Positions 62,914 to 64,000 of a stretch of 64,000 nt of DNA are shown here, one piece after another. The position numbers and the translations under genes were made by a program. Numbering within the stretch: position 1 is the stretch's first letter; each line of letters begins with the position of its first letter. The notes below the pieces were generated by a model that saw only the letters and a program-made list of their open reading frames with translations, was not told the DNA's origin and ran no database searches. Origin of the DNA: Lingula anatina (taxonomy: Eukaryota; Animalia; Brachiopoda); NCBI GenBank assembly GCA_051362555.1, contig CM120640.1, positions 58,444,788 through 58,508,787 of the forward strand, written 5' to 3'.

Positions 62914-64000
62914 TGTATGTTATGTACTGTCTGTAATGTCATATTAGTCTCAGAGTGCAATGAATTTATCAAAAGTAGTCTCCATTTCTGTTTATCAGGA
63001 GTACAAAAGTAACTTTTTTGTGATGAATGATAGCCACACCAGTATAATAGGAATGAATGTTATCTTTGGTAGTAAAAACTAAAACTATTTTACAACTTCT
63101 AATTACAATAGTTTTTTGAGATGGACTTATAAGTTGCAATGTCCTGTAACCACATATCTGCAGTTGTTTGGATTATTTGCAGGTACATAAATCCTGTGTT
63201 ATGATTTATCCAAATTTCTGTTTTGGAATAGTTCTGAAGGTATACAAATGATAAAGTTACGGCAGATTATTTTCTTCAGTTTTGAATACTAGGTAGTGAG
63301 AAGGCTTTTCCTCCTGCTTTTTGTTAACATTCATATTTTTTGTTAATATCTATTTCTCTTTTTAAGGGGGCTCAGATTTAAGGGGGGGGTGCAAATTGCT
63401 TATGTTATTTATGCTTCTTTGTTTTTGAACAACGAGTATTGTTTAATGCTGTGACCATGCTTTGTAATAAGCATAACACTTAAAAAGAATAATTTGGCAA
63501 ATATAGTATTAATGAGTGCACCTCAGTATTGGTGCTCGCCTCTGAATCTGTTCCACAGTGTTTCCTGGGCTAAAGAAGATGTCCAGCATACAGTATATTA
63601 CGTTTGTTTTTGAGGATCTCCTTTGGCTTTGTCAGCTACATAATATTTTAGTCTGTATTTGTATCGAGATGTAACTACACATTGTCCTGTTCCTGTGGTT
63701 AAATCTCACTGTGTGAGGTGCCATACTCATGAAGACTGCTTGACAATGTTATGATTGTGTTAGTGCATGGCCCACCATGAAGAATGGATATTGGTATTTA
63801 GAAAAACAATCAGACATTACAATGTTGAGCTATGTCGAATCTCTGGACCCGTTTCCAGGGACCTTAATGCACTATTTATTATTATTATTATTATAAGTAC
63901 GTATTTGTAGTCGACATTTTTGTACATATGTAAATGCTACTGCTACAACTGACAGTAACACTCTTTGTATTGTATGTATTTAAATGTGTAAGTAGATATG

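Overview
AT-rich, intron-rich animal genomic DNA; the gene and repeat types suggest a lophotrochozoan, probably a mollusc (inference). I assembled five spliced protein-coding genes by hand from GT-AG boundaries and frame continuity. (1) The 3' part of an AUTS2/FBRSL1/tay-family gene (+, 4885-15421; 5' exons lie upstream of the window). (2) SETD6 (+, 20694-25549, 11 exons). (3) An unnamed claudin/PMP22-superfamily tetraspan protein (-, 29871-31649, 3 exons). (4) ANKRD13 (-, 35202-43332, 15 exons). (5) GIT ArfGAP (+, 43913-62913, 20 core exons plus probable cassette exons). ANKRD13 and GIT are head-to-head with ATGs 580 bp apart, the same arrangement I recall for human GIT1-ANKRD13B and GIT2-ANKRD13A. 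Repeats include a decayed RTE LINE 3' end, Helentron-associated (HINE/DINE-1-like) elements with internal ~160-bp tandem units, and two copies of a MITE with 5-bp TSDs. An inverted-repeat element in GIT intron 2 carries a captured copy of GIT exon 9. Most ORFs in the supplied track are intronic or antisense noise. I found no rRNA, tRNA or CRISPR array. All homology calls come from remembered motifs, not database searches.
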